DNA of 64,000 nucleotides from positions 66,984-130,983 of the forward strand of contig CAVXOL010000024.1 in NCBI GenBank assembly GCA_963763325.1, in the 5' to 3' direction. How positions within the stretch are numbered: the stretch's first letter is position 1; each line of letters starts with the position of its first letter. Positions 52,755-62,972 of this stretch are shown in pieces. Both the position numbers and the translations under genes were made by a program. The notes below the pieces were generated by a model. It saw only the letters and a program-made list of their open reading frames with translations. It had not been told where the DNA came from and searched no databases. The DNA is from an uncultured Chloroflexia bacterium. Lineage in GTDB: Bacteria; Chloroflexota; Chloroflexia; Thermomicrobiales; CFX8.

Positions 52755-53102
52755 ATGACCGACCCAATTGAGATCGCCCGCGAAGTCGCCGAAGTCGCGT
52801 CAGACACGCTCGCGACCAACATCACAGTCCTGGACATCAGCCAGATCTCGTCGTTCACCGACATCTTCGTCGTCTGTTCCGCTGACAACGTTCGTCAGCT
52901 CAACGCCCTCCGCGAAGCAGTCATGACGAGGCTGAACGAACTCAACGTCCGGACACGTCGGGCCGAAGGAGTCGCGGAAACCGGTTGGATCCTGCTCGAC
53001 TACGGCGACGTGATCGTACATCTGTTCACCGAAGAACAGCGTATGTTCTACCGACTGGAAGATGTCTGGTCAGAGGCGCAAAAGCTGCTCGTTATTCAAT
53101 AG
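52755..53102 (+). CDS. rsfS: Ribosome silencing factor RsfS (iojap family)
   Basis: 115-aa ORF with WILLDYGDVIVHLF and RMFYRLEDVW. Confidence 0.85.
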   Translation: MTDPIEIAREVAEVASDTLATNITVLDISQISSFTDIFVVCSADNVRQLNALREAVMTRLNELNVRTRRAEGVAETGWILLDYGDVIVHLFTEEQRMFYRLEDVWSEAQKLLVIQ

Positions 53103-53133
53103 TCGATAGCAGACCGTTGCGGACGGAGGAGGC

Positions 53134-53307
53134 GTGGGTCTGGTGGCTCGTACTCGTTCGGTAGTTATCCTAAGCCTGGCAGCGACGCTCGCTGTTGTTA
53201 CGGCCATTCTCTTTGCCCTCCGCGTCAGCAGTACTGGCTGGGGCTCGCTCGCGCGCCTCTTCCACAACGATGACGACCATCCCCACTGGGAATTGCTGGC
53301 CCAATAA
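53134..53307 (+). CDS. Possible 57-aa membrane protein
   Basis: GTG start after GGAGGAGG. Sequence: VGLVARTRSVVILSLAATLAVVTAILFALRVSSTGW... It is below the ORF-track size cutoff. Confidence 0.3.
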   Translation: MGLVARTRSVVILSLAATLAVVTAILFALRVSSTGWGSLARLFHNDDDHPHWELLAQ

Positions 53308-53312
53308 GCTGT

Positions 53313-53796
53313 CTATGGCTCGCTGTCGATTTGCGGCTCTTTTGAGCTCTCGGCTGCGTCCAGTTCTCCGAACACTTCGTCGGGGTCCGCGCCCTGCTCG
53401 ACGTGGCGCAGGGCGGCGTCAAATGACTCATCGAGTGGTTCCCCCATCATTTGCGCCATTGCCCGCGCTTCGCGCGCCATCGCTGCGACATCTTCCTCCC
53501 CAGCTTCCGAGGTACCATCTTCGAGACCATAATCCGCTCCAGATGGGTCCTCGTACCCGGACGGATCGCTGAATGGGTCAGCACCATAGAACGGGACGCC
53601 CTGATCCTCATACGTCGGTTCCATGAACGAGTCGCTATCGGAGGAACGGTGAGACCAGACGCGCGACATCATTCGATGTAGACGTCGCTCGCCGCAGATC
53701 GGGCATTCAGGACTCGGTTCAACGACCGATAACGAGCGGAAGAAGATACTCGCCTTTCGGCCCGCACGCCTCGCAGCGATACTCATAGATCGGCAT
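53313..53796 (-). CDS. FmdB-family zinc-ribbon protein with an acidic tail; one frame change near 53758
   Basis: MPIYEYRCEACG runs from the ATG at 53796 in one frame. It continues as RKASIFFRSLSVVEPSPECPICGERRL in ORF 53313..53786. Confidence 0.6.
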
Positions 53797-54874
53797 GTGG
53801 ATACCCCGCCTGTGTCGAGCCAGTCTGGCCCCTGCGCGCCAGCCAGGCAATCAACGCCAGCAGCACGACGCTCATGACAATCATCGCTCCAAGCTTCGCC
53901 TCGCTCGTCGGCAATGCCAGGGACAGCGCGCCGAACAGCGTTGTGATCCCGGCCACTCCGGCGACGATCTGTCTTTGGCTCCAGCCTGCGTCCAGAAGCC
54001 GGTGATGCAGGTGACCTCGGTCCGCGTACAGCGGTGAGCGCCCATGCATCACGCGGTACATAATCACCCAGGCCGTGTCGAGAATCGGCACTCCGAGCGC
54101 CAGCATCGCCGTCGCGATCTTTGCACCACCGATGATGCTGATTGTCGCCAGCGCGAAGCCAATGAACATGGCTCCGGTGTCACCCATGATGATGCTGGCT
54201 GGATACCAGTTGTACAGTAGAAAACCAACGATCGCGCCGGCAAGCGCGATTGCCAGCAGTGAGATCGTGAACTGAGGGTCGCCCGAAGGGCGGAAGTACG
54301 TATGCAGGAAGAGGACGACGGTTGCAACCAGCGTGATGCTCGCTGCCAAACCATCGATCCCGTCACTCCAGTTGATTGCGTTCATCATCCCCACGATCCA
54401 GAAGAGCGTAAACCCAACCGCCACAAGCAGCGGCAATGTCACCGTCCCGACGTACGGCGCGTTGAACTGCTCGATGACGATCCCGTGCGTCTCCCCTCGC
54501 AGGCGTGGAAGGACGACAATCCCCGCAGCGGCAAGTTGGACGCCCAGTTTTGGGAGCGGCGGGATGCCGACGATATCGTCAAAGAGCATCACGCCGACGA
54601 TCATCGTCGCGCCGACCAGCAGCAACAGGATACGCTCGATCTCGACACCGAACCGTTCGACCGGCAACATGAACGAGACGCCGATGGCAACGAGGAACCC
54701 GAAGTAAACACCGAGACCGCCGATGCGTGGAATAGGAACCAAGTGGACGCGCCGGGCGTCTGGCTGGTCGAGCAACTGTAGCCGTCGCGCGATATCGCGG
54801 ATCGGAGGGATCGTCACGGTCGCTGCTCCGGCAGCCAGCAGACCGACAATCACGGTAATCAGTGCGTGCGGCAT
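53783..54874 (-). CDS. MraY/WecA-family polyprenyl-phosphate N-acetylhexosamine-1-phosphate transferase
   Basis: 363-aa polytopic ORF. Motifs: FDDIVGIPP, NAINWSDGIDGLA and IMGDTGAMFIGF. Confidence 0.85.
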   Translation of the reverse strand: MPHALITVIVGLLAAGAATVTIPPIRDIARRLQLLDQPDARRVHLVPIPRIGGLGVYFGFLVAIGVSFMLPVERFGVEIERILLLLVGATMIVGVMLFDDIVGIPPLPKLGVQLAAAGIVVLPRLRGETHGIVIEQFNAPYVGTVTLPLLVAVGFTLFWIVGMMNAINWSDGIDGLAASITLVATVVLFLHTYFRPSGDPQFTISLLAIALAGAIVGFLLYNWYPASIIMGDTGAMFIGFALATISIIGGAKIATAMLALGVPILDTAWVIMYRVMHGRSPLYADRGHLHHRLLDAGWSQRQIVAGVAGITTLFGALSLALPTSEAKLGAMIVMSVVLLALIAWLARRGQTGSTQAGYPHADL

Positions 54875-54886
54875 CGTCCCGGCCGC

Positions 54887-56146
54887 CTAGCGGGCCGGGG
54901 CGCCTCGCTCGACGCCAGGCAACGGGAATCCCGCGCACATCTCGGTCACCTGACCACGGATGCGCGCCAGTAGTTCCTCATCCTCGGGCGAGCGTACGAC
55001 CTCGCCAATCCATGCGCCGACCTGCCGCATTTCGTCAACGCCAAACCCTCGCGTCGTCATCGCAGGCGATCCGAGCCGGATGCCGCTGGTCTGCATCGGC
55101 GGGCGTGGGTCGTTCGGAATCGCGTTCTTGTTAGCGGTAATCCCGGCCTTCTCCAATGCCCGTTCGGCCTTCCTGCCGCTGATACCAGAGGTGGTAAGGT
55201 CAACCAGCATCAGGTGATTGTCAGTTCCGCCCGACAGGACTCGCAGTCCGTGTTCCTGCACCGACTCGGCCAGCGCCGATGCGTTCGCCAACACTCGCTC
55301 AATGTACTGTTTGAATGACGGCTGCAACGCCTCGCCGAGCGCGACGGCCTTGCCGGCGATGACGTGCATCAGTGGCCCACCCTGCATCCCGGGGAAGACC
55401 GACTTGTTTATCGCGGCAGCGTGCTCATCGTCAGCCATGATCATCCCGCCGCGTGGACCGCGCAAGGTCTTGTGCGTCGTCGTCGTCGTGATATGCGCGT
55501 GACCGATCGACGTCGGATGTAGCCCGACCGCAACGATTCCAGCGATATGTGCAATGTCAGCCAACAGCAGCGCATCGACCTCGTCGGCGATCGCTCGGAA
55601 GCGAGCGAAGTCGATCGTCCGTGAGTAGGCGCTCGCTCCGCTGATAATGAGCTTGGGCCGGAACTTCTTCGCAGTAGCCAGCACGGCGTCGTAATCGATC
55701 ATCTCGGTCTCCGGGTTGAGACCGTAGAAGTACGCTTCGTAGAACTTGCCTGAGAAGTTGACTGGCGATCCGTGGGTCAGGTGTCCACCTTGTGAAAGGT
55801 TCATGCCGAGGATGCGATCGCCCGGTTCGAGCAGCGCTGTAAACACGGCGACGTTCGCCGAGGCGCCGGAGTGCGGTTGGACGTTGACATTCGACGCGCC
55901 GAACAACGACTTCGCGCGCTCGATTGCCAGGTTCTCGACTTCGTCGACGAACTCACAGCCTCCGTAGTAACGCTTGCCCGGCAGCCCCTCAGCGTACTTA
56001 TTGGTCAGGACTGTTCCGACGGCTTCCATGACGGCAGCACTGGTGAAGTTCTCCGAAGCGATGAGCTCGATGGTATCGAGTTGGCGGCGCTCTTCGGCGC
56101 GAATGATGTCGAGAACCTTCGAATCGGTCTTGGCCAGTGCGTCCAC
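54887..56146 (-). CDS. glyA: Serine hydroxymethyltransferase
   Basis: 419-aa ORF with LIASENFTS and the PLP-lysine motif [14 protein letters not shown]. Confidence 0.95.
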   Translation of the reverse strand: MDALAKTDSKVLDIIRAEERRQLDTIELIASENFTSAAVMEAVGTVLTNKYAEGLPGKRYYGGCEFVDEVENLAIERAKSLFGASNVNVQPHSGASANVAVFTALLEPGDRILGMNLSQGGHLTHGSPVNFSGKFYEAYFYGLNPETEMIDYDAVLATAKKFRPKLIISGASAYSRTIDFARFRAIADEVDALLLADIAHIAGIVAVGLHPTSIGHAHITTTTTHKTLRGPRGGMIMADDEHAAAINKSVFPGMQGGPLMHVIAGKAVALGEALQPSFKQYIERVLANASALAESVQEHGLRVLSGGTDNHLMLVDLTTSGISGRKAERALEKAGITANKNAIPNDPRPPMQTSGIRLGSPAMTTRGFGVDEMRQVGAWIGEVVRSPEDEELLARIRGQVTEMCAGFPLPGVERGAPAR

Positions 56147-56191
56147 GTCTTCTCCCGCGCTCTCTGTCGAACCATGCGTACGAATGATAGC

Positions 56192-56809
56192 CTACGCGTC
56201 GCCGCTCGTGCTCGGTTGGCTCGAGAGCCGCCGCTCGGTCCCGGCCCTGAGCCGTTCAATGTTCTCGCGGTGTCGCCATACGATAATGGCTGCCGCAACG
56301 ACTGCGAAGACGACGTATTCGTCAGGAGCCGTGTCAGTTGCGGCCAGGACGCCGAAAATGATCGGCGCCGACATCGCGGCCGTCAGCGATCCTAGCGACA
56401 CGTACCGCGTCAGCACGACCGGGATGACCAGGATTGGGATAAGAAGCAGCCCCCACAGTGACAACGCGAACGCTGCCCCAGCCCCGGTGGCGACGCCCTT
56501 GCCACCGCGAAACCCCAGCCAGACCGGCCAGCAATGGGCGGCGACGACGAAGATCCCTGCAATCGCAACGGTAAGGTCGTCTGCCCCCAGCCAGCGAGCG
56601 GCGACGACCGCCAACACGCCCTTTGCGACGTCGATCAGAGCAACCACCGCGCCCCACTTCGAGCCAAGCGCGCGGCGCGCATTCGTTGCGCCAGTCCCGC
56701 CACTTCCGACGGCTCGCAGATCCTTTCCGGTGATCAGACGCGTCATCACGTAGCCGGTCGGGAACGAGCCAATCAGGTAGGCGAGGACCAGTGCGAGCGC
56801 GTCAGTCAT
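56192..56809 (-). CDS. plsY: Glycerol-3-phosphate acyltransferase PlsY
   Basis: The likely start is MTDALALVLAYLIGSFPTGYV at 56809, overlapping the der stop by 8 nt. Motif GSGGTGATN. Confidence 0.85.
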   Translation of the reverse strand: MTDALALVLAYLIGSFPTGYVMTRLITGKDLRAVGSGGTGATNARRALGSKWGAVVALIDVAKGVLAVVAARWLGADDLTVAIAGIFVVAAHCWPVWLGFRGGKGVATGAGAAFALSLWGLLLIPILVIPVVLTRYVSLGSLTAAMSAPIIFGVLAATDTAPDEYVVFAVVAAAIIVWRHRENIERLRAGTERRLSSQPSTSGDA

Positions 56810-58157
56810 TGTTGCGACGGCCGCGGAAGTGGAGCACGATCGGAGTGCCGTCAAACGCGTAGTGCTCGCGGATCTCATTCTCGAGATACCGCTGGTACGA
56901 GAAGTGGACGTTCTTCGGGTCGTTGCAGAAAAAGATGAAGCGCGGTGGTGCAACGTCTGACTGCGTCGCATAGTAGAGCTTCAGCCAGCTGCTTGGTCGC
57001 GAGGGCGGCGGATGCTTTGCGACGGCCTCTCGCAGGAGCCGGTTCAGTTCGCCGGTCGAGATGCGCTTCTGCCGTTCGCCATAGACGTGGAGTGCCATGT
57101 CGATGATCTGATTGACCCGCTGGCCGGTCAGTGCCGAAACGAAGAGCATTGGCGCCCATGGAGCGAACTGGAAGAACTCTGCCGCTTCTTCGCGGTAGAC
57201 GTTCATCGTCCGCTCGTCCTTCTCGATCAGGTCCCACTTGTTGACGATGAAGACGATGCCCTTTTCGGCCTGTGCGACGTAGCCGGCGATGTGCTGGTCC
57301 TGGGCGGTGAATCCTTCTTCTGCGTCCAGCACGACCAGCGCGACGTCGGCACGGTCGATCGCCCGCTCGGCACGAAGCACGCTGTGCTTTTCTACACCTG
57401 GCTCGATTCGTCCCCGGCGGCGAATTCCGGCAGTGTCGATCAGCAGTACCTTGTTGCCGGCCCAATCCACGACGGTATCGATCGTGTCGCGGGTCGTGCC
57501 GGGCATATCGGACACAATCGATCGTTCGCGGCCAATCAGGGCATTCAAAAGAGACGACTTTCCGACGTTCGGCCTTCCGACGACGGCGAAGCTTGGGTAC
57601 TCGACCTCGTCATCTTCGTCGCCACCGCGGGGCAGCAGCCGGACGACCTCGTCGAGAACATCACCGGTGCCGATTCCGTGCAGCGCCGAGAAGGCAACCG
57701 GTTCACCGAGACCTAACTCCCAGAATTCGATCGCGTTTTCGCGTCGTTCTTCACTTTCTGTCTTGTTGACACCGAGGACGGTTGGCTTGCCCGATTCGCG
57801 GATGATGTTCGCCACGTCGTGATCGGCGGCCGTCAGGCCGGACCGGCCATCGACGAGGAAGAGGATGACATCAGCTTCCTCAATCGCCAGCCGTGCCTGG
57901 TTCTGGGTACGAACTGAGATCTCGCGTGCGGTCAGCTTGTCGTACTCGTCCTCCTCCTGGAGGCCGCCGGTGTCGATGATCGTGAACGGCACGCCTATCC
58001 AATCCGCGTCGCCATACAGGCGGTCGCGGGTTGTGCCAGGCAGGTCTTCTACGATTGCCCGTCGCTCGCCAACCAGGCGATTGAAGATGGTTGATTTTCC
58101 AGTGTTTGGACGGCCAACGATGGCGACGATTGGTTTCACGGTTGTGGTTGCTTTCAT
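56802..58157 (-). CDS. der: Ribosome biogenesis GTPase Der (EngA)
   Basis: Two tandem GTPase domains (GRPNTGKST and GRPNVGKSS, each with NKxD) plus a KH-like C-terminus. Confidence 0.95.
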   Translation of the reverse strand: MKATTTVKPIVAIVGRPNTGKSTIFNRLVGERRAIVEDLPGTTRDRLYGDADWIGVPFTIIDTGGLQEEDEYDKLTAREISVRTQNQARLAIEEADVILFLVDGRSGLTAADHDVANIIRESGKPTVLGVNKTESEERRENAIEFWELGLGEPVAFSALHGIGTGDVLDEVVRLLPRGGDEDDEVEYPSFAVVGRPNVGKSSLLNALIGRERSIVSDMPGTTRDTIDTVVDWAGNKVLLIDTAGIRRRGRIEPGVEKHSVLRAERAIDRADVALVVLDAEEGFTAQDQHIAGYVAQAEKGIVFIVNKWDLIEKDERTMNVYREEAAEFFQFAPWAPMLFVSALTGQRVNQIIDMALHVYGERQKRISTGELNRLLREAVAKHPPPSRPSSWLKLYYATQSDVAPPRFIFFCNDPKNVHFSYQRYLENEIREHYAFDGTPIVLHFRGRRNND

Positions 58158-58228
58158 GATAGGTGGTGCGACGCTCCAACCGAAAGTGTATCAATCTGGT
58201 CGGTACGGGCGGCGTCGGGACACGAAAA

Positions 58229-58277
58229 GGCCCGCGACACATGTCGCGGGCCAAAACAAGTCCACCCGGGTGGACTT
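58229..58277 (-). terminator. Two tandem rho-independent terminators after gcvPA
   Basis: On the minus strand, AAGTCCACCCGGGTGGACTT is followed by GTTTT. Then GGCCCGCGAC-ATGT-GTCGCGGGCC is followed by TTTTC. Confidence 0.65.
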
Positions 58278-59619
58278 ATGTCGCAGAGGCGACCTCAACG
58301 AACCGGTCGATGGCGGCCTTGCCAGTCATCTCGGTCGCGCTGAGCAGGATCTTGCCCTTGAGATCAGCAGAAATCGTCTCCAGGTCGAGCCCACCGATGA
58401 TATTGGCGTCCTGGAGCCGACGGTTCAACGATTCGGGCGACTCGTCGCTCGTGACTGTGAACTCGTTGAAGAACTCACCGTCGTTGACGACCTTGAACTT
58501 ACCCGTTGCTTCGAGCTGCGCGGCGAGATAGTGCGCGTTCTGGTAGCAGATCTCTGAGACGCGGCGCATCCCCTTCGGACCGAGCGTCGACAGATAGACC
58601 GACGCGGCCAGCGCCATCAACCCCTGGTTGGTGCAGATGTTACTGGTCGCCTTTTCGCGGCGAATGTGCTGCTCTCGCGTTTGGAGCGCCAGCACAAACC
58701 CGCGCTTGCCCTCGCTGTCATAGGCGATACCGGCCAGCCGGCCCGGCATCTGCCGAACGAGACGCTGCTGCGTTGCGAGGATGCCTACGACTGGACCGCC
58801 AAACGATTGGGCGTTGCCGAGGGGTTGCCCTTCGCCAGTCACGACATCGGCGCCAAGTTCACCCGGTGACTTGAGCAGACCGAGTGCTGTCGGGTAGGTC
58901 GAGACAATCAGATTCGCGCCAGCCGAATGTGCTTTCTCGCCAATCGCGGCGATGTCCTCGATCGTCCCGAAGAAGTTCGGGTATTGCACGACGATACATG
59001 CCAGATTGTCGTCCAGGTATGCATCAAACGCTGCCGGGTCGGTCTTCAGCCCGTCGGCTGGCAGGGGCACCTGAACCACCTCGATAGCGAGTCCACTCGT
59101 GTAGGTGCGGACAACGTTTACGTAGTTCGGGTGAACCGTTCCGGCGATGACAACTCTCGTCCGCTTGCGCGGCAGAGAGATCGTCAGCAGCGCGCCCTCG
59201 GCAAGCGCTGTCGCGCCGTCGTATAGCGAGGCGTTGGAGACCTCCATGCCGGTCAGCGCGCAGATCATGGTCTGGTACTCATAAATCGCCTGGAGCGTGC
59301 CCTGCGCAACTTCGGGCTGGTAGGGAGTATAGGCAGTGTAGAACTCACCCCGGAACGTGATCTGCTGGACAGCCGCTGGGATGTAATGTGTGTAGCTGCC
59401 GGCACCGAGGAAGCTTGGGTTGTCCAGCGCGTTGAGGTTGCGCGACGACAGCTCGGCGAGCCGTCGGTACGCCTCCTGCTCAGACAGTGGTGATGGAAGG
59501 TTCAGCTCTGGAAAGCGCACGTCCTCGGGGATCGCGCCAAACAGCGCCTCAATGCTGGTTAGGCCAGTCGCGGCCAGCATCGCCTGCCGATCTTCTTTGG
59601 TATGCGGGTTGAACGTCAT
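58276..59619 (-). CDS. gcvPA: Glycine dehydrogenase (aminomethyl-transferring) subunit 1
   Basis: 447-aa ORF with FLGAGSYTHYIPAAV and YTPYQPEVAQGTLQAIYEYQ. Confidence 0.9.
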   Translation of the reverse strand: MTFNPHTKEDRQAMLAATGLTSIEALFGAIPEDVRFPELNLPSPLSEQEAYRRLAELSSRNLNALDNPSFLGAGSYTHYIPAAVQQITFRGEFYTAYTPYQPEVAQGTLQAIYEYQTMICALTGMEVSNASLYDGATALAEGALLTISLPRKRTRVVIAGTVHPNYVNVVRTYTSGLAIEVVQVPLPADGLKTDPAAFDAYLDDNLACIVVQYPNFFGTIEDIAAIGEKAHSAGANLIVSTYPTALGLLKSPGELGADVVTGEGQPLGNAQSFGGPVVGILATQQRLVRQMPGRLAGIAYDSEGKRGFVLALQTREQHIRREKATSNICTNQGLMALAASVYLSTLGPKGMRRVSEICYQNAHYLAAQLEATGKFKVVNDGEFFNEFTVTSDESPESLNRRLQDANIIGGLDLETISADLKGKILLSATEMTGKAAIDRFVEVASAT

Positions 59620-59684
59620 CGGTTCCTCCGGCCCTCCGGGTCGCTTCCGGTCAGGGCGTCGACTATGGTTTCCCAGTCATCCTC

Positions 59685-59753
59685 TGCCGCAGCGAAGGAT
59701 CTCCGCTCGTCGCACGTGCTGAGTGCTTGACTGAGAGATCCTTCGCTGCGGCA
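59685..59753. repeat. 19-bp perfect inverted repeat (31-nt spacer) between gcvH and gcvPA
   Basis: TGCCGCAGCGAAGGATCTC (59685-59703) pairs with GAGATCCTTCGCTGCGGCA (59735-59753). The spacer contains the palindrome GCACGTGC. Confidence 0.85.
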
Positions 59754-59810
59754 TGGATTAACACGCCAACGGTACAGCTCCTGGTTCAGATGTCGTGTGG
59801 CACCAACCGC

Positions 59811-60203
59811 CTAATGTCCGCCCGACTCAGCGACGAGCTTCTCGTACGCGTCGGCATCGAGCAGGCCGTCGAGCTGGCTGCTGTCCTCGATACGAACCTT
59901 GACGAGCCAGGCGTCGGTGAATGGCGCCGAGTTAACGACCTCCGGTGAGTCGATCGCGGCGTTGTTCTCCTCGACGACCTCGCCGCTGATGGGAGCGTAG
60001 ACGTCGGAGGCAGCCTTGACCGACTCGACAACGCCAAACGGCTCGGACTGGCTCAGGGCCGTTCCGGCACTTGGAAGCTCCAGGTACGTGATGTCGCCTA
60101 ACTCGCTCTGGGCATACTCGGTAATACCAATTGTAGCGATGTCGCCATCAACCTTGACCCACTCGTGCGTTTTCGTGAACTTGTAATCCTTTGGAACCGC
60201 CAT
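59811..60203 (-). CDS. gcvH: Glycine cleavage system H protein
   Basis: 130-aa ORF with the lipoyl-lysine motif VESVKAASDVYAPISG. Confidence 0.9.
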   Translation of the reverse strand: MAVPKDYKFTKTHEWVKVDGDIATIGITEYAQSELGDITYLELPSAGTALSQSEPFGVVESVKAASDVYAPISGEVVEENNAAIDSPEVVNSAPFTDAWLVKVRIEDSSQLDGLLDADAYEKLVAESGGH

Positions 60204-60237
60204 CAGTACCCTCCCTGTAATCCCCAGCTACCTGACT

Positions 60238-61341
60238 TCAGGACTCTCGTTTGTAAAACGGCGTCTTGATCTGTTCTGCACGGACTGGCTTGCCGCGCAC
60301 GATCACATCCAGCGGCTTGCCAACTCCAGCGTATTCCTTGTCGATAACCGCCAGGCCGATGTTCTCACCGAGTGATGGAGACGACGTGCCACTTGTGACG
60401 AATCCGATCGTCTTGCCGTCGATCGCCACATCGTAGTGAGAGCGCGGGACGCCGCCGCGTTCGACCATCTTGAACCCGACAGTCCGTCGGTTGATTCCCG
60501 CCTCCTTGGCAGCCGCCAGCGCGTCGCGCCCGATGAAGTCCCCCTTGTTGAGCTTGACGGCCCAGCCGAGGCCGGCTTCGAGCGGATTGATTTCGGTGGA
60601 AAGTTCGTTGCCGTAGAGCGGCATCCGCGCTTCAAGGCGCAGCGTGTCGCGCGCGCCAAGCCCGATTGGCTGGAGACCATGCGGCTTTCCGGCTTCCAGC
60701 AGTGCGTCCCAAAGATCGCCGACTTGCTCGATCGGGCAATAGAACTCCCAGCCGTCCTCGCCGGTGTAGCCCGTTCGGCCAGCCAGACATGGGATTCCCG
60801 CGATCGTTGTCTCGCGGCAGGAGAAGCCCTTCATGTCGTTGAGGTCGACCGAAGACAGTCCGCCGACGATCTCAACCGCCTTTGGTCCCTGGATCGCGAT
60901 CATGCCGGTCTCGTCGGAGACGTGTGTAACGTCAACATCCAGATCGGTCCGAGCGGCACGCTGCTCGTGGAGCCAGGCGACGTCCTTATCCTTGTTGCCG
61001 GCGTTGATGACGACAAAGAAACCGACGCCGCTCGGGCGCCGATAAATGATGATGTCGTCGATCACGCCTCCGTCCGGGTAACAGAGCAGTGCATATTGCG
61101 CCTCACCCGGCCCGAGTAACGCGACATCGTTGGTCGCCACATACTGCAGGAATGCCAGTGCGTCCGGACCGCTGACATCGACCTGACCCATGTGACCCAG
61201 GTCAAACAAGCCGGCGGCATTGCGGACGGCGCGATGCTCGTCCATGATGCCGGAGTACTGGACCGGCATATACCAGCCCGCGAAATCGACCATCTTGGCG
61301 CCCAGCGCCTCATGCTTTTCTGCCAGAGGTGTACGCTGCAT
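60238..61341 (-). CDS. gcvT: Glycine cleavage system aminomethyltransferase T
   Basis: The likely start is MQRTPLAEKHEALGAKMVDFAGWYMPVQY, after GGGGAG. Typical GcvT segments follow. Confidence 0.9.
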   Translation of the reverse strand: MQRTPLAEKHEALGAKMVDFAGWYMPVQYSGIMDEHRAVRNAAGLFDLGHMGQVDVSGPDALAFLQYVATNDVALLGPGEAQYALLCYPDGGVIDDIIIYRRPSGVGFFVVINAGNKDKDVAWLHEQRAARTDLDVDVTHVSDETGMIAIQGPKAVEIVGGLSSVDLNDMKGFSCRETTIAGIPCLAGRTGYTGEDGWEFYCPIEQVGDLWDALLEAGKPHGLQPIGLGARDTLRLEARMPLYGNELSTEINPLEAGLGWAVKLNKGDFIGRDALAAAKEAGINRRTVGFKMVERGGVPRSHYDVAIDGKTIGFVTSGTSSPSLGENIGLAVIDKEYAGVGKPLDVIVRGKPVRAEQIKTPFYKRES

Positions 61342-61491
61342 CTCCCCTACCGATCCCCACTCCACAACGAACCCTGCGACATCAGACTGTAACACGTTCT
61401 AGGGAACACGGAATAGGGGCCAGCAATCAGTAGTGAACCGACGCTACTCAGGCCACTTTCCACTGTCCTCGATCCTCTGTTCACTTCGTGC

Positions 61492-62916
61492 TCAGACACG
61501 CTGAATCGTGCGTTCGAGAGCGTGCTTGTCGATCACTCCGTTGACGTTGACCGGATAATTCCCTGTCAGGCAGGCTGAGCAGAAGTTGGAAGCCGGATGG
61601 CGGATCGCACGAAATAGCCCCTCATGAGACAGATAGCCGAGCGAGTCAACCCCGATCTCTTCGGCAATCTCATCTACCGTCTTGTTGGCGGCGATCAACT
61701 CATCGCGCGAGGCCATATCGACGCCCAGGTAGCACGGCCACATGATCGGGGGCGCGTGGACGCGCATGTGGACTTCTTTTGCGCCCGCCGAGCGGAGCAG
61801 GTTGACGATCGGACGGCTCGTCGTGCCGCGGACGATCGTATCGTCGATCAGTACGACCCGCTGGCCGTCGAGCACTTCCGGCAAGGCGTTGAACTTGAGG
61901 CGTACGCCGACCTCGCGCAACCGTTGATCGGGCTGGATGAAGGTTCGTCCGATATAGCGATTCTTTATGAGGCCCTCGGAGTATGGGATGCCGGCTTCAC
62001 GCGCGTAACCGATGGCGGCCGGCGTCGACGAATCCGGGATGCCGACGACGACATCGGCCTCGACGTGATGCTCCCGGGCCAACTCGGCGCCCATCCGCTG
62101 GCGGACGAGGTGCAGCCGCTCTCCTTCGAGGGCACTGTCCGGGCGCGCGAAGTAAATCAGCTCGAACACGCAGAGCGCGCGCTTATCGGACGCTTCCAGC
62201 CAGTTCGACTCAAGGCCGCGTGATGAGATCGTAAGTATCTCGCCTGGCTCGACGTCACGCTCAAATGTCGCTCCAACCGTCGCCAGTGCGCACGTTTCCG
62301 AAGCGACGACCCAGCCGCCGTCAATGCGTCCGAGGCAGAGCGGTCGGATACCGTGAGGGTCTCGAACGGCGGTGATCCCGTCCGGCGTAAGAACGCACAG
62401 GCTGTATGCGCCGATGGTCTGGCGTAGCGCACGCTGGAGCTTCTCGGCGATCGTGATGCCGGGAACGCGGGCGATCAGATGCGTGAGGATTTCTGAGTCC
62501 GTCGATGTCTGCAGGCGTACACCTTGTTCGACAAGGTCATCTCGCAGAGCCAGCGCGTTGACGATGTTTCCGTTGTGAGCGACGACGACGGTACCAAGTT
62601 CACTCTCAGCCGCCATCGGGCCAGCGTTCTCGGCCAGCGTCGATCCCGTCGTCGAGTAACGCGTGTGGCCGACGGCCATGTCGCCAGTCAGATGGCGTAG
62701 GTCAGCTTCGGAGAATACCTGGCCGACGAGGCCCATCCGCTTGCGAAGGCGCACCTCGCCTTCGTGGGCGACGGCAATTCCGGCGCTCTCCTGGCCTCGA
62801 TGCTGGAGGGCGTAGAGACCGAAGAACGTCATCCGCGCAACGTCGACACCCGGCGCATAGACGCCGAAGATGCCGCATTCTTCGTGGAGCGTGTCGCCGT
62901 CGCTACCAGGAAACAC
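61492..62916 (-). CDS. purF: Amidophosphoribosyltransferase
   Basis: 474-aa ORF with a GTG start after GAGGGGG. It has the N-terminal nucleophile CGIFG and the PRPP motif VVLIDDTIVRGTT. Confidence 0.95.
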   Translation of the reverse strand: MFPGSDGDTLHEECGIFGVYAPGVDVARMTFFGLYALQHRGQESAGIAVAHEGEVRLRKRMGLVGQVFSEADLRHLTGDMAVGHTRYSTTGSTLAENAGPMAAESELGTVVVAHNGNIVNALALRDDLVEQGVRLQTSTDSEILTHLIARVPGITIAEKLQRALRQTIGAYSLCVLTPDGITAVRDPHGIRPLCLGRIDGGWVVASETCALATVGATFERDVEPGEILTISSRGLESNWLEASDKRALCVFELIYFARPDSALEGERLHLVRQRMGAELAREHHVEADVVVGIPDSSTPAAIGYAREAGIPYSEGLIKNRYIGRTFIQPDQRLREVGVRLKFNALPEVLDGQRVVLIDDTIVRGTTSRPIVNLLRSAGAKEVHMRVHAPPIMWPCYLGVDMASRDELIAANKTVDEIAEEIGVDSLGYLSHEGLFRAIRHPASNFCSACLTGNYPVNVNGVIDKHALERTIQRV

Positions 62917-62972
62917 GAAGCCCCCTCATCATCCTGGATACGGCCCGAAGCACTGTCCGTACACAGTTTACG

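Noticed and set aside
61342-61491. Expected a glycine riboswitch upstream of gcvT.
   Set aside because: No conserved riboswitch core sequences are visible by eye. It is reported only as an absence that needs a covariance-model check.
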